From IMG/VR virus record IMGVR_UViG_3300045950_000297, positions 2,334 through 66,333 of that record: 64,000 nucleotides of DNA; one strand, 5' to 3'. The translations under genes and the position numbers were made by a program. How positions within the stretch are numbered: the first letter of the stretch is position 1; each line of letters opens with the position of its first letter. A model generated the notes under the pieces. That model was not told where the DNA came from. It did no database searches and was given only the letters and a program-made list of their open reading frames with translations. This DNA comes from a virus. Below, in pieces: positions 1-9,090 of this stretch.

Positions 1-139
1 CATGTCCTTCCTCGTATGCCCAGCGCTTTGTTGCAGCGATTTTGCGCGCTTCGTCCTCAGTACATGGGACCTTGCTGCGCCGCAAGACCCACTCCGTCCC
101 GCATCTGGAACATCGGATACGTGTTGCATAGCGTATCAT
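1..139 (-). CDS. Small CxxC protein (partial, runs off window)
   Basis: ATGA overlap with the DUF5131 stop; MIRYATRIRCSRCGTEW... Confidence 0.55.
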   Translation of the reverse strand, partial: MIRYATRIRCSRCGTEWVLRRSKVPCTEDEARKIAATKRWAYEEGH

Positions 140-975
140 GGTATCTGCCTCCATGCCTTGCCATCCAATAGGTGGCCGGCATTGGCAACACGATAGGATT
201 TGGTGCCATCCGGCCACTGATATTCTCGACACTTGAGTATCCACTCGTCAGCGAACGCCTGTTCGTGTATCCACTCTCCCATGTGTTTCAGGAAGAATGG
301 TGTGCCAGTCTCCATGCATTGGTCTCTCAGGTCACGTACCCATTGCGGGTGCATTGGACGGGCCTTTGGGCCGGTCTCACCACCGCAGATAACCCAGTCG
401 ACGCCTGGCCATTTTGGATTGCAGTGGCGGCAGTTGCCGAAGTTGCAGTCTTCCGGTAATCGAACTGGTCCCAGCATCGGTTCGACTGAAACGAACCGGT
501 TGGCAACTGGCATGCTTGCCAGGAGAGGTAGCCGCTCCTCGGTGGTGTCCTGGTCCTCGACGGAGACACCGAACCACACGTTCTCCAGGCTGAAGCCGGG
601 GTGCTCATTCCACATTGCTACGCACTCAGCCATGCGCGCCGGTCGCTTGGTGAGCAGGTAGTATGTGTGCTGCGGGGCTGTTATTGTTGCCATGTGCAGA
701 ATGTCGTAGATGAACCCCACTGGCACGTGATGATGGAACAAGTCGCCCATCGAGACCACGAAGATGCGCTTGGGCCTCTTGACCCTGGCAGGTTCATCCA
801 ACCGCTCGGGGTGCAGTGTCACCTGGAATGGGTTGTCCTTTGGATACCCAACTCGGCCGGCCAGTCGCCTGGCCATACGTGACGCATAGCAGTTGGTGCA
901 TCCGTCACTGACAGGTGAACAGCCGGTGACAGGATTCCACACGTAGTCACACCAGTCGATCTTCGTCCTTTGCAT
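136..975 (-). CDS. DUF5131 / phage Gp37-Gp68 family protein (radical-SAM-like)
   Basis: TKIDWCD..WNPVTGCSPVSDGCTNCYA, FVVSMGDLFH, LLTKRP, SVEPMLG, WVICGGETG, FFLKHMG motifs. Confidence 0.92.
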   Translation of the reverse strand: MQRTKIDWCDYVWNPVTGCSPVSDGCTNCYASRMARRLAGRVGYPKDNPFQVTLHPERLDEPARVKRPKRIFVVSMGDLFHHHVPVGFIYDILHMATITAPQHTYYLLTKRPARMAECVAMWNEHPGFSLENVWFGVSVEDQDTTEERLPLLASMPVANRFVSVEPMLGPVRLPEDCNFGNCRHCNPKWPGVDWVICGGETGPKARPMHPQWVRDLRDQCMETGTPFFLKHMGEWIHEQAFADEWILKCREYQWPDGTKSYRVANAGHLLDGKAWRQIP

Positions 976-1008
976 GCTTCGACTCCCAGTATTGCCTCTT
1001 CCTTTGTT

Positions 1009-1350
1009 TCATAGCTCTTCCAAGAGGGTGGCTGTATCGGCGGCCTGTTTCTCGATCTCGCGCAGGGTCTTGATCAGGCGAGTTACATCAGCTTCGTCGG
1101 CTACCCAGAGTATCCATGACTGGCCCTCATCATCGGTGTCGCCCATGACCAGGCATCGCGATTCGTCCTCGAATGTGAGGCGGTAGAGATAGGGTGCGCC
1201 CGGGACATCGCACAGGCACTCTTCATCGAAGTCAAACTCATTCCCTTCGCACAGCAACATCAGGGCGGTGATGAGGCTGGTGTACTGGTCGCATGCATAG
1301 ATTTCGGGGTTGCTTTGCTCCAGCCAGATCTGGAAGTCGATGGCTTTCAT
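1009..1350 (-). CDS. Hypothetical acidic protein
   Basis: 113-aa ORF tiling with neighbours. Confidence 0.65.
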   Translation of the reverse strand: MKAIDFQIWLEQSNPEIYACDQYTSLITALMLLCEGNEFDFDEECLCDVPGAPYLYRLTFEDESRCLVMGDTDDEGQSWILWVADEADVTRLIKTLREIEKQAADTATLLEEL

Positions 1351-1415
1351 TTGAGTCTATTCATCCAGACCAGGAAGATTGTCAACAGACCGATACTTAT
1401 CAGCATCTCACTCAT
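1347..1415 (-). CDS. 22-aa hydrophobic micro-protein
   Basis: MSEMLISIGLLTIFLVWMNRLK; fills the gap, ATGA overlap with next gene. Confidence 0.45.
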   Translation of the reverse strand: MSEMLISIGLLTIFLVWMNRLK

Positions 1416-1494
1416 CTCTGTGTCTTCCGCAGCGATGGCATATGCTACTGCAGTTGGTGGCCCCACAGTCGGAGCAGACCCAGAACGGTTTCAT
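1408..1494 (-). CDS. 28-aa zinc-ribbon micro-protein
   Basis: MKPFWVCSDCGATNCSSICHRCGRHRDE; ATGA-coupled to upstream gene, AGGAG SD. Confidence 0.6.
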   Translation of the reverse strand: MKPFWVCSDCGATNCSSICHRCGRHRDE

Positions 1495-1991
1495 CGCGAT
1501 TCTCCTTTCATTGAACTGAGCAGGTTCTCGACGAGAACCCGTGTGTCGGGATGCAAGACCATACTTGCTCCGTTCTTGGCATACCATCCGCGTGGGTCGC
1601 TGTTGCCATTGGCCAGGCCAGCACCAATCCAGTCGGCTACCATCTCGCGAACGTAGCGCTCTGGCATGGGTAATGGGTCCAGTGATCCTCCATTTCCGAT
1701 ACTGACCCAGGCATGCCAGTGATGCTTGTTTCTCTGGTGCGACAGCCATGCTTTCTTGAATGTGACCGGCTGTGCGTTGGGGTCATATGCCCCAGATGCA
1801 TCCCGACGCTTGATTGGGCTTCCGTCCTCTGCATAGAAGTGGCAGGCGTAGGGGACCCACTCACATGGCGTGAGTTTGGTGAGGTCATGGGCAAACGCAA
1901 GCCAGATAGGAACACCTAGCTTGAGGCATGCCAGGAATACAAACCACTTGTGGCGGAAGACATAACGAGCGTAGGCAAGGTGCCTTCTCAT
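1491..1991 (-). CDS. DUF5662-like HD-related protein
   Basis: RHKWFV..AHDLTKL..E..Y, HQRNKHHW, EMVADW; start MRRH coupled to upstream stop. Confidence 0.75.
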   Translation of the reverse strand: MRRHLAYARYVFRHKWFVFLACLKLGVPIWLAFAHDLTKLTPCEWVPYACHFYAEDGSPIKRRDASGAYDPNAQPVTFKKAWLSHQRNKHHWHAWVSIGNGGSLDPLPMPERYVREMVADWIGAGLANGNSDPRGWYAKNGASMVLHPDTRVLVENLLSSMKGESR

Positions 1992-2317
1992 TGCTCTCTC
2001 CGTTTCTTCAACCTTGCAGCACGCAAGATACGCCTGGTGATCTTGGCTGCTGGGTTCACCCCCTCTGGATGATTCGGCCACGCCCCATACTCATCAACCT
2101 GAATGTCCTTTCCATTGATGACGAACGTCACTGCGTGACAGGGAATCTCTTCCTCGGCGATACCCTGGCGAACGCGATCGAGTGCGAGCATAGTCCCCAA
2201 ACGATAGGTGCGATGATCATTGCGTAGTGCTGTCGGTTTGAGGTGGTTGTGATACAGCCACTCGATGTTTTCGTCCGCTACGCAGATACCATGCTTGTCA
2301 TAGTGAATGGTGAGCAT
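1988..2317 (-). CDS. Hypothetical protein
   Basis: GGGAGAG SD before MLTIHYD. Confidence 0.65.
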   Translation of the reverse strand: MLTIHYDKHGICVADENIEWLYHNHLKPTALRNDHRTYRLGTMLALDRVRQGIAEEEIPCHAVTFVINGKDIQVDEYGAWPNHPEGVNPAAKITRRILRAARLKKRREQ

Positions 2318-2478
2318 TCTCTCCCTCGTATAGTTGGCCCGGCCGGGGCCGGGCATGTCCTACCCGTGGGTCGACATTGACCAGGATATCTAGTGAGGTG
2401 TCCTTCATGCTGTCTTACAGCTTGATTGTATGGTCATCGCGTCCCCGGCCGCGTGTGCCTACAACCTGTTAACCATGC

Positions 2479-2607
2479 TCAGAATACCTGTTCGTTCTCA
2501 TATTGGGCTTCCAGATGGGCGTCCGGTGGTATCTGTTCCTCTTTCAGCCATGCCTCGAACTCCCCCCAATCTTCATCATTGAAGAATACCTCTACGTCCT
2601 CACACAT
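2479..2607 (-). CDS. 42-aa highly acidic micro-protein
   Basis: MCEDVEVFFNDEDWGEFEAWLKEEQIPPDAHLEAQYENEQVF; starts 3 nt after upstream stop. Confidence 0.55.
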   Translation of the reverse strand: MCEDVEVFFNDEDWGEFEAWLKEEQIPPDAHLEAQYENEQVF

Positions 2608-2610
2608 TCT

Positions 2611-2871
2611 CTACCAGCTCTCCTTCCAGCAGTCTGAACACTCTAGAGGGCAGTCTGGCTGCCCCATGCATTCCCAGGTCTCGCCGCAGTACTCGCGCAC
2701 GCCGTAGATGTCGCTGGCACTGACCTTGCCCCATAGCCACACGTAGCGTACCTGGTATTGCAAGTCCAGGTACTCACATCTCAGGCAGGTGCAGGTGTAG
2801 TAGTAGTCGTGCCAGGCGTAGGCGTTACTGGCGACAAGAAGCAGCAAAGCAAGCAGGATTATCTTCTTCAT
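2611..2871 (-). CDS. Secreted Cys-rich small protein
   Basis: Signal peptide MKKIILLALLLLVASNAYA, then multiple Cys. Confidence 0.7.
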   Translation of the reverse strand: MKKIILLALLLLVASNAYAWHDYYYTCTCLRCEYLDLQYQVRYVWLWGKVSASDIYGVREYCGETWECMGQPDCPLECSDCWKESW

Positions 2872-2873
2872 GG

Positions 2874-3137
2874 TTAGAATCCCAATGCCTCTCGCACTGC
2901 CCCGCGCCGTCTGAGGGCATAGGCAAGCGCGTTGCGATGACCGTTTTCGTCCAGGTTGTTTATGGCGCGATAGGTGAGATAGTCTCCGACAAAGGCAAGC
3001 TTCTCTGCTTCATGCTTGGCGGCTGTGCTGGATAGGATTAGGTCGGAGAACACATCGCTGTAGGCTTCGCGGGCAATGATGTCCTCCCACTCGTCGTGGG
3101 AGGTTTCCTTTAGTCGCTTGACCAGATTACACATCAT
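2874..3137 (-). CDS. Hypothetical protein
   Basis: GGAGG SD; tiles with neighbours. Confidence 0.65.
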   Translation of the reverse strand: MMCNLVKRLKETSHDEWEDIIAREAYSDVFSDLILSSTAAKHEAEKLAFVGDYLTYRAINNLDENGHRNALAYALRRRGAVREALGF

Positions 3138-3138
3138 C

Positions 3139-4416
3139 CTACCTCCTCAGTGCATAGCCGGCGATGACTTGGGCCGCTATGTTGGATACCGCCCTGACGT
3201 GATCGGCGGTGGCATCGGGTGTATCGAATCTGGCATGGGCCATCTCATGGAGAGCGGTGCTGATGGCACTCTCAGGTTTGGACAGGATATGCCTGGAGAT
3301 GCCGATGGTGTTGCCACTATAGAACCCATCCCGGCCAGGGATGACGAACGCCCGCACGTCGTGGTCGTAGAACCTGGCGGTGCTGACGATGCGCCGCAAT
3401 GCCCTCAGCGTGCGCTTCTCCAGGCTGTTGAGCTGGCTGTCGGGGACAGGGACCTGATCTTGTCCCTCGATCTCTCGGATGTACTGGGTGTCCGTTCCCA
3501 CCAGTGAGCGCAGGAAGCGGCCTAGTGCATAGCTGAAGTGCCCCTCGTCAAGAACCTTCGCACCACGATACTCAGCCTCGCGGGCCATATCCCCATTGGT
3601 CCTCATCACCGTGTTGTGGCCGTAGATCGCATAGAATGCCTTCTTGATGACTGGCGTCGAGTCGCTACTGGTCAACCCGGCGAGACGTTCCGCCAGGCCC
3701 AGCTTCACTGCTGACCAGTACTCAGTCAGGAGGTCGTAATCACCGCATGCTCCCCACACATTGCCCATCTCGGATGTGACCGACCATGAGTCAGCCACCG
3801 TCCTGTCCCGGTTCATCTCTACGTTGTTCAGGTTGTACCCAAATGCGGCAGGGGTACTGACTGCCTTTCTCATCGGGCATACCCATACGTCACGAACGTA
3901 GAGAGAGGGCGACTCCTCCCGCAGAATCTGGCTGCCGGTGGGAGAGGTGTAGACAACGCGGGGGTCTCCTGGTTGAATGAAGCGCTCTGCGTACAACGGC
4001 CAGGGCCAGTTGGGGATGGTGATGCGTGTTCCTGGGAAGAGGTGACATTCCTCCCAAGTGATGGCAAGGACATCCTCAGCCATGCCATCGATTCGTCCGA
4101 CATGGTTGTGGATATTGTAGTGTCCGCTGGTGATCTGTGCCGTCAGGTTATGACGGGTTAATGCTAGCAGGGCGAGTTTCAACCCCTCACCGAACTGGCC
4201 GCGGGCATTGCCCTCTTTCTCCGACTTGCCGAACAGAAGATGGCTGATGTCCAAGCCATTGCCATCGTCCTCGATTGTGACAACTCCGTCTTTCAGACTC
4301 ATCTTCCAACTGCCTGAGTCCATAGCGTTGGATACCAGCTCACGAATGATAGACCAGCCCCCGTCGTCCCAGTGTGAGACGTAATCGAGGGTCATTGGAT
4401 AAGTGATGGTTGGCAT
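3139..4416 (-). CDS. GHKL (HATPase_c) ATPase fused to C-terminal HEXXH zincin-like domain
   Basis: RELVSNAMD, EDDGNG, GQFGEGLK motifs; LHEMAH near C-terminus. Confidence 0.8.
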   Translation of the reverse strand: MPTITYPMTLDYVSHWDDGGWSIIRELVSNAMDSGSWKMSLKDGVVTIEDDGNGLDISHLLFGKSEKEGNARGQFGEGLKLALLALTRHNLTAQITSGHYNIHNHVGRIDGMAEDVLAITWEECHLFPGTRITIPNWPWPLYAERFIQPGDPRVVYTSPTGSQILREESPSLYVRDVWVCPMRKAVSTPAAFGYNLNNVEMNRDRTVADSWSVTSEMGNVWGACGDYDLLTEYWSAVKLGLAERLAGLTSSDSTPVIKKAFYAIYGHNTVMRTNGDMAREAEYRGAKVLDEGHFSYALGRFLRSLVGTDTQYIREIEGQDQVPVPDSQLNSLEKRTLRALRRIVSTARFYDHDVRAFVIPGRDGFYSGNTIGISRHILSKPESAISTALHEMAHARFDTPDATADHVRAVSNIAAQVIAGYALRR

Positions 4417-4417
4417 G

Positions 4418-5146
4418 TTACCTCTGTGCATTCAGGCCGCTTCTTACGGTAGCGACCACTTCCCGCTCGGGTAACCCGAGTGATATTCCGACTGCAACCA
4501 GGATCATCTCGGTTGTATGCCGGCAGAGTGCCCCTGCTTGAACAAGTCGCCCTAACTTGAACGCGGCCGTGTTGAGAGCGTTGTTGCGGTTGCCCTTTTG
4601 GGCGCTCTGCAACTGCCCGATCTCGTTATGCAACGCCGCATTGACATAGTTGTCGCTCAACTTAACAGTGGGTGGTGGGGTATCGTCTGGCCGAACCAGT
4701 TCGAGAATCCAGGCAGGTAGCGGGGCAAGGGTTTCTTTTCCGGCCCACGTGTACACCTTGCCGGACGGATGGACCGAGGGAGGGGCAACTGCATAGCCAC
4801 CATCACCTCGGAGATCAAGACCGGGTTTCTTCTTGCAGAAGTTATGTACCTTGAAGCCGGGATGGGTGAAGTAGAACTGTCTTCCCTTGCCGGTAATCAC
4901 GGATAGTGTGTCCGGTTCTCCGTAGTGAGATAGCGTCTTCTCTCCATCCGCTCCGTCCACATCCAGAACGACCAGGTTGCTGATGCTCCCGGTCACAATC
5001 CCTACATTCATCTTCGGCCATAGCGCACGCCATTGTTCTATTTCATCTGGCGACGCTCGCCGGAGCTGGAATGCCTTCCACTGGATAAGTGGCCTTTTGC
5101 CGCGTGGACGGATTGGGATGATGGACCATGTTGGCAGATAGTCCAC
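4418..5146 (-). CDS. Bifunctional DNA primase-polymerase (prim-pol)
   Basis: K.P...W, NVGIVTG, LVVLDVD, TGKGRQFYF, GLDLRGDGGYAVAPPSVHPSG.Y.W; GTG start at 5146 lies downstream of a promoter. Confidence 0.88.
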   Translation of the reverse strand: MDYLPTWSIIPIRPRGKRPLIQWKAFQLRRASPDEIEQWRALWPKMNVGIVTGSISNLVVLDVDGADGEKTLSHYGEPDTLSVITGKGRQFYFTHPGFKVHNFCKKKPGLDLRGDGGYAVAPPSVHPSGKVYTWAGKETLAPLPAWILELVRPDDTPPPTVKLSDNYVNAALHNEIGQLQSAQKGNRNNALNTAAFKLGRLVQAGALCRHTTEMILVAVGISLGLPEREVVATVRSGLNAQR

Positions 5147-5175
5147 TTGAACCTTCCCCTGGTCTGTGTTATTAT
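5147..5175 (+). promoter_or_regulatory. Sigma70-type promoter for the 5205 gene
   Basis: TTGAAC-17-TATTAT with TGn. Confidence 0.5.
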
Positions 5176-5199
5176 ATGTACCAAATGGTCGAGAGGCAA
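5171..5199 (-). promoter_or_regulatory. Sigma70-type promoter for the prim-pol operon
   Basis: TTGCCT-17-TATAAT on the minus strand. Confidence 0.65.
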
Positions 5200-5204
5200 A
5201 CCAA

Positions 5205-5741
5205 ATGGACATGATCACGCTTGACGAAGCCAGACTCACCCGCCTGTATGAGATGCGGACCGATGTCCACCGGAAGTGGACTCTGGCTGAGCAGGCGGCC
5301 GAGATGGGGGTGAGCGAGTCAACGATCAAGCGGATGGCCCGCTCCCCCCAGTTCCTGGATGTCGTCAAGCGTTTGACGCCTGCTCGTTCGCCGATGATCG
5401 ATGCAGCGTCGGATTACCTGGCCGAGGATCTTCTGCCTCTGGCGATGCGGGAGACCAAAAGTCTCCTGGAGAACCCTCGTACTCCGGCGACGGCCAAGGC
5501 GAATCTGATCACTCAGATTTTCCGGTATGCCTTTGAGGTGATGAAGCCTCTTGATGGAAGTACTGCCGAAGTCCTGGCCGGGATGGATTTCCTGAAGCAG
5601 GCCGGCATTAGTCTGCAGCAGGTCAACATTATTGTGCAGCAGGCCCCACCTGAGTTTGCTGATGAGTTGCGGGCCTTGCTGCCGTTTGTTGATGGCGAGC
5701 TAGTTCAGGACATTGGCCATGAAGAAGTCGGGGGGGCTTGA
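5205..5741 (+). CDS. HTH protein, possible terminase small subunit
   Basis: TLAEQAAEMGVSESTIKRM HTH followed by helical region; isolated plus-strand gene with GAGG SD. Confidence 0.55.
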   Translation: MDMITLDEARLTRLYEMRTDVHRKWTLAEQAAEMGVSESTIKRMARSPQFLDVVKRLTPARSPMIDAASDYLAEDLLPLAMRETKSLLENPRTPATAKANLITQIFRYAFEVMKPLDGSTAEVLAGMDFLKQAGISLQQVNIIVQQAPPEFADELRALLPFVDGELVQDIGHEEVGGA

Positions 5742-6080
5742 TTTCTCCCGTTCTTTGGCCTTGGGCTTGGACGGCATGCTCACCCGTTTTGCGACAGCCT
5801 TGAATACCCTATCGTACTGTGGCAACATGCGGGTTATCAGCTCCTCCAGTTGAGCTGGTTCCCCGCTGGAGGGGTATCGAATCTCTGGTGCGCGGTCTCC
5901 AGGGAATACTGGCGAGTATCCGCTCCGATTTGGGTAGATGCCCCGGATGTGGATGTTGCCATTGGTTTCTGTGATCGACAGCACACGGTCATCGATTCTG
6001 AGCACGCATTTGTTATCGCGCGCTCGGAGTTCCCACCCATTTTTCTCGACGAGAACGATCAGGATATTCAGCAAGTTCAC
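5700..6080 (-). CDS. Hypothetical protein
   Basis: GTGA overlap with upstream DUF932 gene, GGAG SD. Confidence 0.65.
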   Translation of the reverse strand: MNLLNILIVLVEKNGWELRARDNKCVLRIDDRVLSITETNGNIHIRGIYPNRSGYSPVFPGDRAPEIRYPSSGEPAQLEELITRMLPQYDRVFKAVAKRVSMPSKPKAKEREKSSPPDFFMANVLN

Positions 6081-6976
6081 ATCTCCATGACCATCTTGAA
6101 TGCGCGTCGTTTGTTCTGCGCGGCTACTCCAAACAGCACTCCCTCGGCACGTTTGAGGCTACGTCGGTAGACATCCTCATACTCGACAAAGGAGTTGTAC
6201 AGGCCCCAGGCAGTACCGGCGAAGGCACGGCTGTCGGCGCCTGAGGCTGCTCCGTGGAATAGCTCAAGCACCCTGTGGCGGGTCATGTTCACCTTGGCTG
6301 TCCCCTCGCCGTTTTTGTAGGGATATACGCCCTCGATGACGGGTTTGGGGTCGTGCACCCTGCGCCGGGCTAAGATGTCGAAAGCCTCTTTGAGCACCTG
6401 AGAGTTCCGGAGGGCGCGGGTGTAAACACCACTGGCCCAGTCGGCCAGGTCTTTGAGGGGGTTGCCGATGTGAACGATGCGCATCACGTCGGTCGCCTGT
6501 CGCAGCCCGGAGATGAGCGTATTGGCACATACGACACGCACCGGTGTGATCATCCCGGTCAGAGCACCAGCACCGTCCATCCAGTTGACCAATCCGAGGT
6601 AGTTGGCTACCTCATCTCCATGGATATCGTAATCAGGCAACTTGGTGGTAAGGAAGAGAGCTTCCCCCTTGTACAATGCAGCCATCGTCTCGATTGGCCG
6701 CTGGACACACTCATCATACATGGCTATGAGGTCATCGGGTGTGATCAGGACGTATTCATTGCTGACGTAGCCAAAGACGGTCCGGTCGCGCATGATCGCA
6801 AACCGTGTAGTGGGGGTACCGTCGGGCAGGTGTAGACGTTCCCTGCGGACAGTGTAAGGCCCCATCTGGGCGTATGCCTCGGCGGCGGTCAGTTCCTTAT
6901 CCACCACGATCCCCTTGGCGTGCCAGGCGGGGACACGATAACCGACGAAACGGTCACCGAAAAGTGAGCTACTCAT
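6077..6976 (-). CDS. DUF932 family phage/plasmid protein
   Basis: PAWHAKG, ITPVRVVCANTL, GTAWGLYNSFVEY motifs. Confidence 0.85.
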   Translation of the reverse strand: MSSSLFGDRFVGYRVPAWHAKGIVVDKELTAAEAYAQMGPYTVRRERLHLPDGTPTTRFAIMRDRTVFGYVSNEYVLITPDDLIAMYDECVQRPIETMAALYKGEALFLTTKLPDYDIHGDEVANYLGLVNWMDGAGALTGMITPVRVVCANTLISGLRQATDVMRIVHIGNPLKDLADWASGVYTRALRNSQVLKEAFDILARRRVHDPKPVIEGVYPYKNGEGTAKVNMTRHRVLELFHGAASGADSRAFAGTAWGLYNSFVEYEDVYRRSLKRAEGVLFGVAAQNKRRAFKMVMEM

Positions 6977-7511
6977 TGTATCTCCTTGCATAGTGGATTG
7001 CCTCAACCAGGTGGCAGGTGTATGACTTCTGCCCCGCCATCTGGCTGATGGTATCACGGACTTTGAGGATAGTCAGGGTTTGCCGGTAGGATAACCCAAG
7101 CTGTGTCACTGCAGCCTTCAGGAGACGGAAGGCAGTCTCATCCAGTTCGTCCTGGATCATCTGCATGATCTCATCCGGCTGGGTGACAGGCACCTCGACT
7201 TCGATGTCATACTGACTGCGGAACAATTTGGTACGGTAGCGTCGCAGCCTCTTCAGGCTGCATACGCACTGAGTTGGGTAGAGTCCGCATGGGCATGGGT
7301 GCGCCCAGGCAACCTTACGCCGGCTGGGCTTGTTGCCGTAACGATTCCTGTACCAGTTCCGGTAGATTTGCACCAGGTCCGGAGCGATGCTCCTGCCGGA
7401 CCCGATGAAGCGGATGGAGTGATTGCCAGCGATAGCGATGCGCAAAGCCCGCTTGGCGTAGTGGGCACCCGGAAGGGTGGCAAGTTGCCTTTCAAGTTCC
7501 ATATTGGTCAT
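6969..7511 (-). CDS. Miniaturised ComM/YifB (Mg-chelatase-like) homolog
   Basis: G..YAKRALRIAIAGNHS, PCPCG...CVC, DIEVEV, LGLSYR...ILKVRDTI, HLVEAIHY; all ComM hallmarks in 180 aa. Confidence 0.8.
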   Translation of the reverse strand: MTNMELERQLATLPGAHYAKRALRIAIAGNHSIRFIGSGRSIAPDLVQIYRNWYRNRYGNKPSRRKVAWAHPCPCGLYPTQCVCSLKRLRRYRTKLFRSQYDIEVEVPVTQPDEIMQMIQDELDETAFRLLKAAVTQLGLSYRQTLTILKVRDTISQMAGQKSYTCHLVEAIHYARRYNE

Positions 7512-7900
7512 TGCCCTTCACACTCTGTTGCAACCCTATTCTTCAGGTTGGTCTTGTAGTCACTGAGGAGTGTAGCCCAGGCTGTGACGACCCCAAGGAC
7601 ATGGTTGTAGTCTTTCAGCGTGGGCAATGAGACCGTCCCTGTCGTTGCGTCTTGCATCCTGACGAGTACATCTTGGTGTGTCCCGTCAGGGAAGTTGAGC
7701 TGGTAGATGCCGGTCAGGCTGACCACCTCGCCGATTACTTTCCAGCCGGGGTAGGGGACAGCATACCTGCTCTCAAGATACTCACAGACGTTCTCCAGGA
7801 TAGCCTCCATGTTGGAGACCTCGGAATCAGACGCAAGTTTGTCGGGGCAGTGTGCTTGGAGGGCATTGACGATTGCGACGAAGTGGTGAGCGTTTTTCAC
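7508..7900 (-). CDS. Hypothetical protein
   Basis: Coupled ORF, GAGGAG SD. Confidence 0.65.
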   Translation of the reverse strand: MKNAHHFVAIVNALQAHCPDKLASDSEVSNMEAILENVCEYLESRYAVPYPGWKVIGEVVSLTGIYQLNFPDGTHQDVLVRMQDATTGTVSLPTLKDYNHVLGVVTAWATLLSDYKTNLKNRVATECEGQ

Positions 7901-8496
7901 AGTGTGCTCCTCATTGCGGTAAGTACTGTGTTCTCGTCGAGAACGATTGTCTTGAGCTCGGCTATCTGGTGTTCCAGCCGGGCTATCTCATCCGGGATTT
8001 GGTAGATCACCTCGATGGCCAGGTCCATGGCTGTTTCTTTCCAGTGGTTTGAGTTAACGCCCCATACTGACGTCTGTGTCAACTGAACACCGCGCTTGTG
8101 GATTTCGACAATGACTCCCACTGCGTTCCACGAGTATCCATACTCCTCCATGTGTTCATAGTCCATGATGGCGTAGTGGATATCGGCATTCTCAAGGGAC
8201 CCGAATTGGGCAATGGCTGCGGCCTTGTCTTCTTCAGGCACATGCTCCCAGTTCTTGGGGTCATGGGGGAGGTGGCTTCCGGGCACGAAGTAACGGCACT
8301 GGCCGTGTTTGTAGTGGCTGTGGAGGTTGCCGCAGAGCACCTGCTGGTTAGGACCAATCAGGGTGCCGTTCATTCGGTCGATGTAGACATCGGTCGGGTG
8401 GTTGGTATACGTCCCCAATGAGGACAAGTCGGGGTCTTCATCGACCTGGCAGCGGATGATGAAAGCGACATCCCCGATCTCGATGATCTTATACAT
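7897..8496 (-). CDS. Hypothetical protein
   Basis: Start MYKIIEIG inferred; tiles with neighbours. Confidence 0.65.
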   Translation of the reverse strand: MYKIIEIGDVAFIIRCQVDEDPDLSSLGTYTNHPTDVYIDRMNGTLIGPNQQVLCGNLHSHYKHGQCRYFVPGSHLPHDPKNWEHVPEEDKAAAIAQFGSLENADIHYAIMDYEHMEEYGYSWNAVGVIVEIHKRGVQLTQTSVWGVNSNHWKETAMDLAIEVIYQIPDEIARLEHQIAELKTIVLDENTVLTAMRSTL

Positions 8497-8677
8497 CAGG
8501 GGGGTCCTCGTACTTTCGGAAGTACATGGGTTCCCCATCGAACGGAATCTGGAGTCGGGGGTCGTCAATGGGGATGTGCCACTTCTGGGGGCACTCCAGG
8601 CAGGCTACGTATTTCTGGCCGGGGACGTTGCTTTCATGCATTAGGACTTTGACGCGAGGGTGTTGGCAGACTTCCAT
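8489..8677 (-). CDS. Small Cys/His protein
   Basis: MEVCQHP...CLECPQKW; AGGAGAG SD. Confidence 0.6.
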   Translation of the reverse strand: MEVCQHPRVKVLMHESNVPGQKYVACLECPQKWHIPIDDPRLQIPFDGEPMYFRKYEDPPDV

Positions 8678-8679
8678 GT

Positions 8680-9009
8680 TTATCTCTCCTTGACAGTGAA
8701 TGCCCCGAAGTCGGCGGCGTGTTGTTTCAACTCGGCCAACAGAGGAACGAGCTTTGGGTGGGTGATCGGGCAGGTGCCAGCGTAGCTGGCGGCAACTATC
8801 TTGTCGGCGAGTAGATGCACACCGAACTCCTGACAGCTTCTCCCGGTGCCTTCGATGCGACAGGTTATGTCCTTGAGCGCGAGGAGGGGGACCATAAAGT
8901 GGGCCTGACTGGGATGATTGGCTGGCACCCATGGAGTGACGATTTCGTGCTGCCCTGCAATGCTCAGCGTGTAGCGGTGCAGTTCAGCGGTAATCGTGTA
9001 GGTTAGCAT
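8680..9009 (-). CDS. Hypothetical protein
   Basis: GAGGAGG SD; first gene after promoter. Confidence 0.7.
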   Translation of the reverse strand: MLTYTITAELHRYTLSIAGQHEIVTPWVPANHPSQAHFMVPLLALKDITCRIEGTGRSCQEFGVHLLADKIVAASYAGTCPITHPKLVPLLAELKQHAADFGAFTVKER

Positions 9010-9090
9010 ACTACCTCCTCAACCAGTTGGTATGTTTGCAAACCGGCGGGTCAAAAAGGTGGTACAGGGGTAATCCACTTGGTCAACACG

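Noticed and set aside
5147-5368. N-terminal extension of prim-pol given in the ORF track
   Set aside because: Overlaps promoters and the opposite-strand HTH gene; homology starts near 5146
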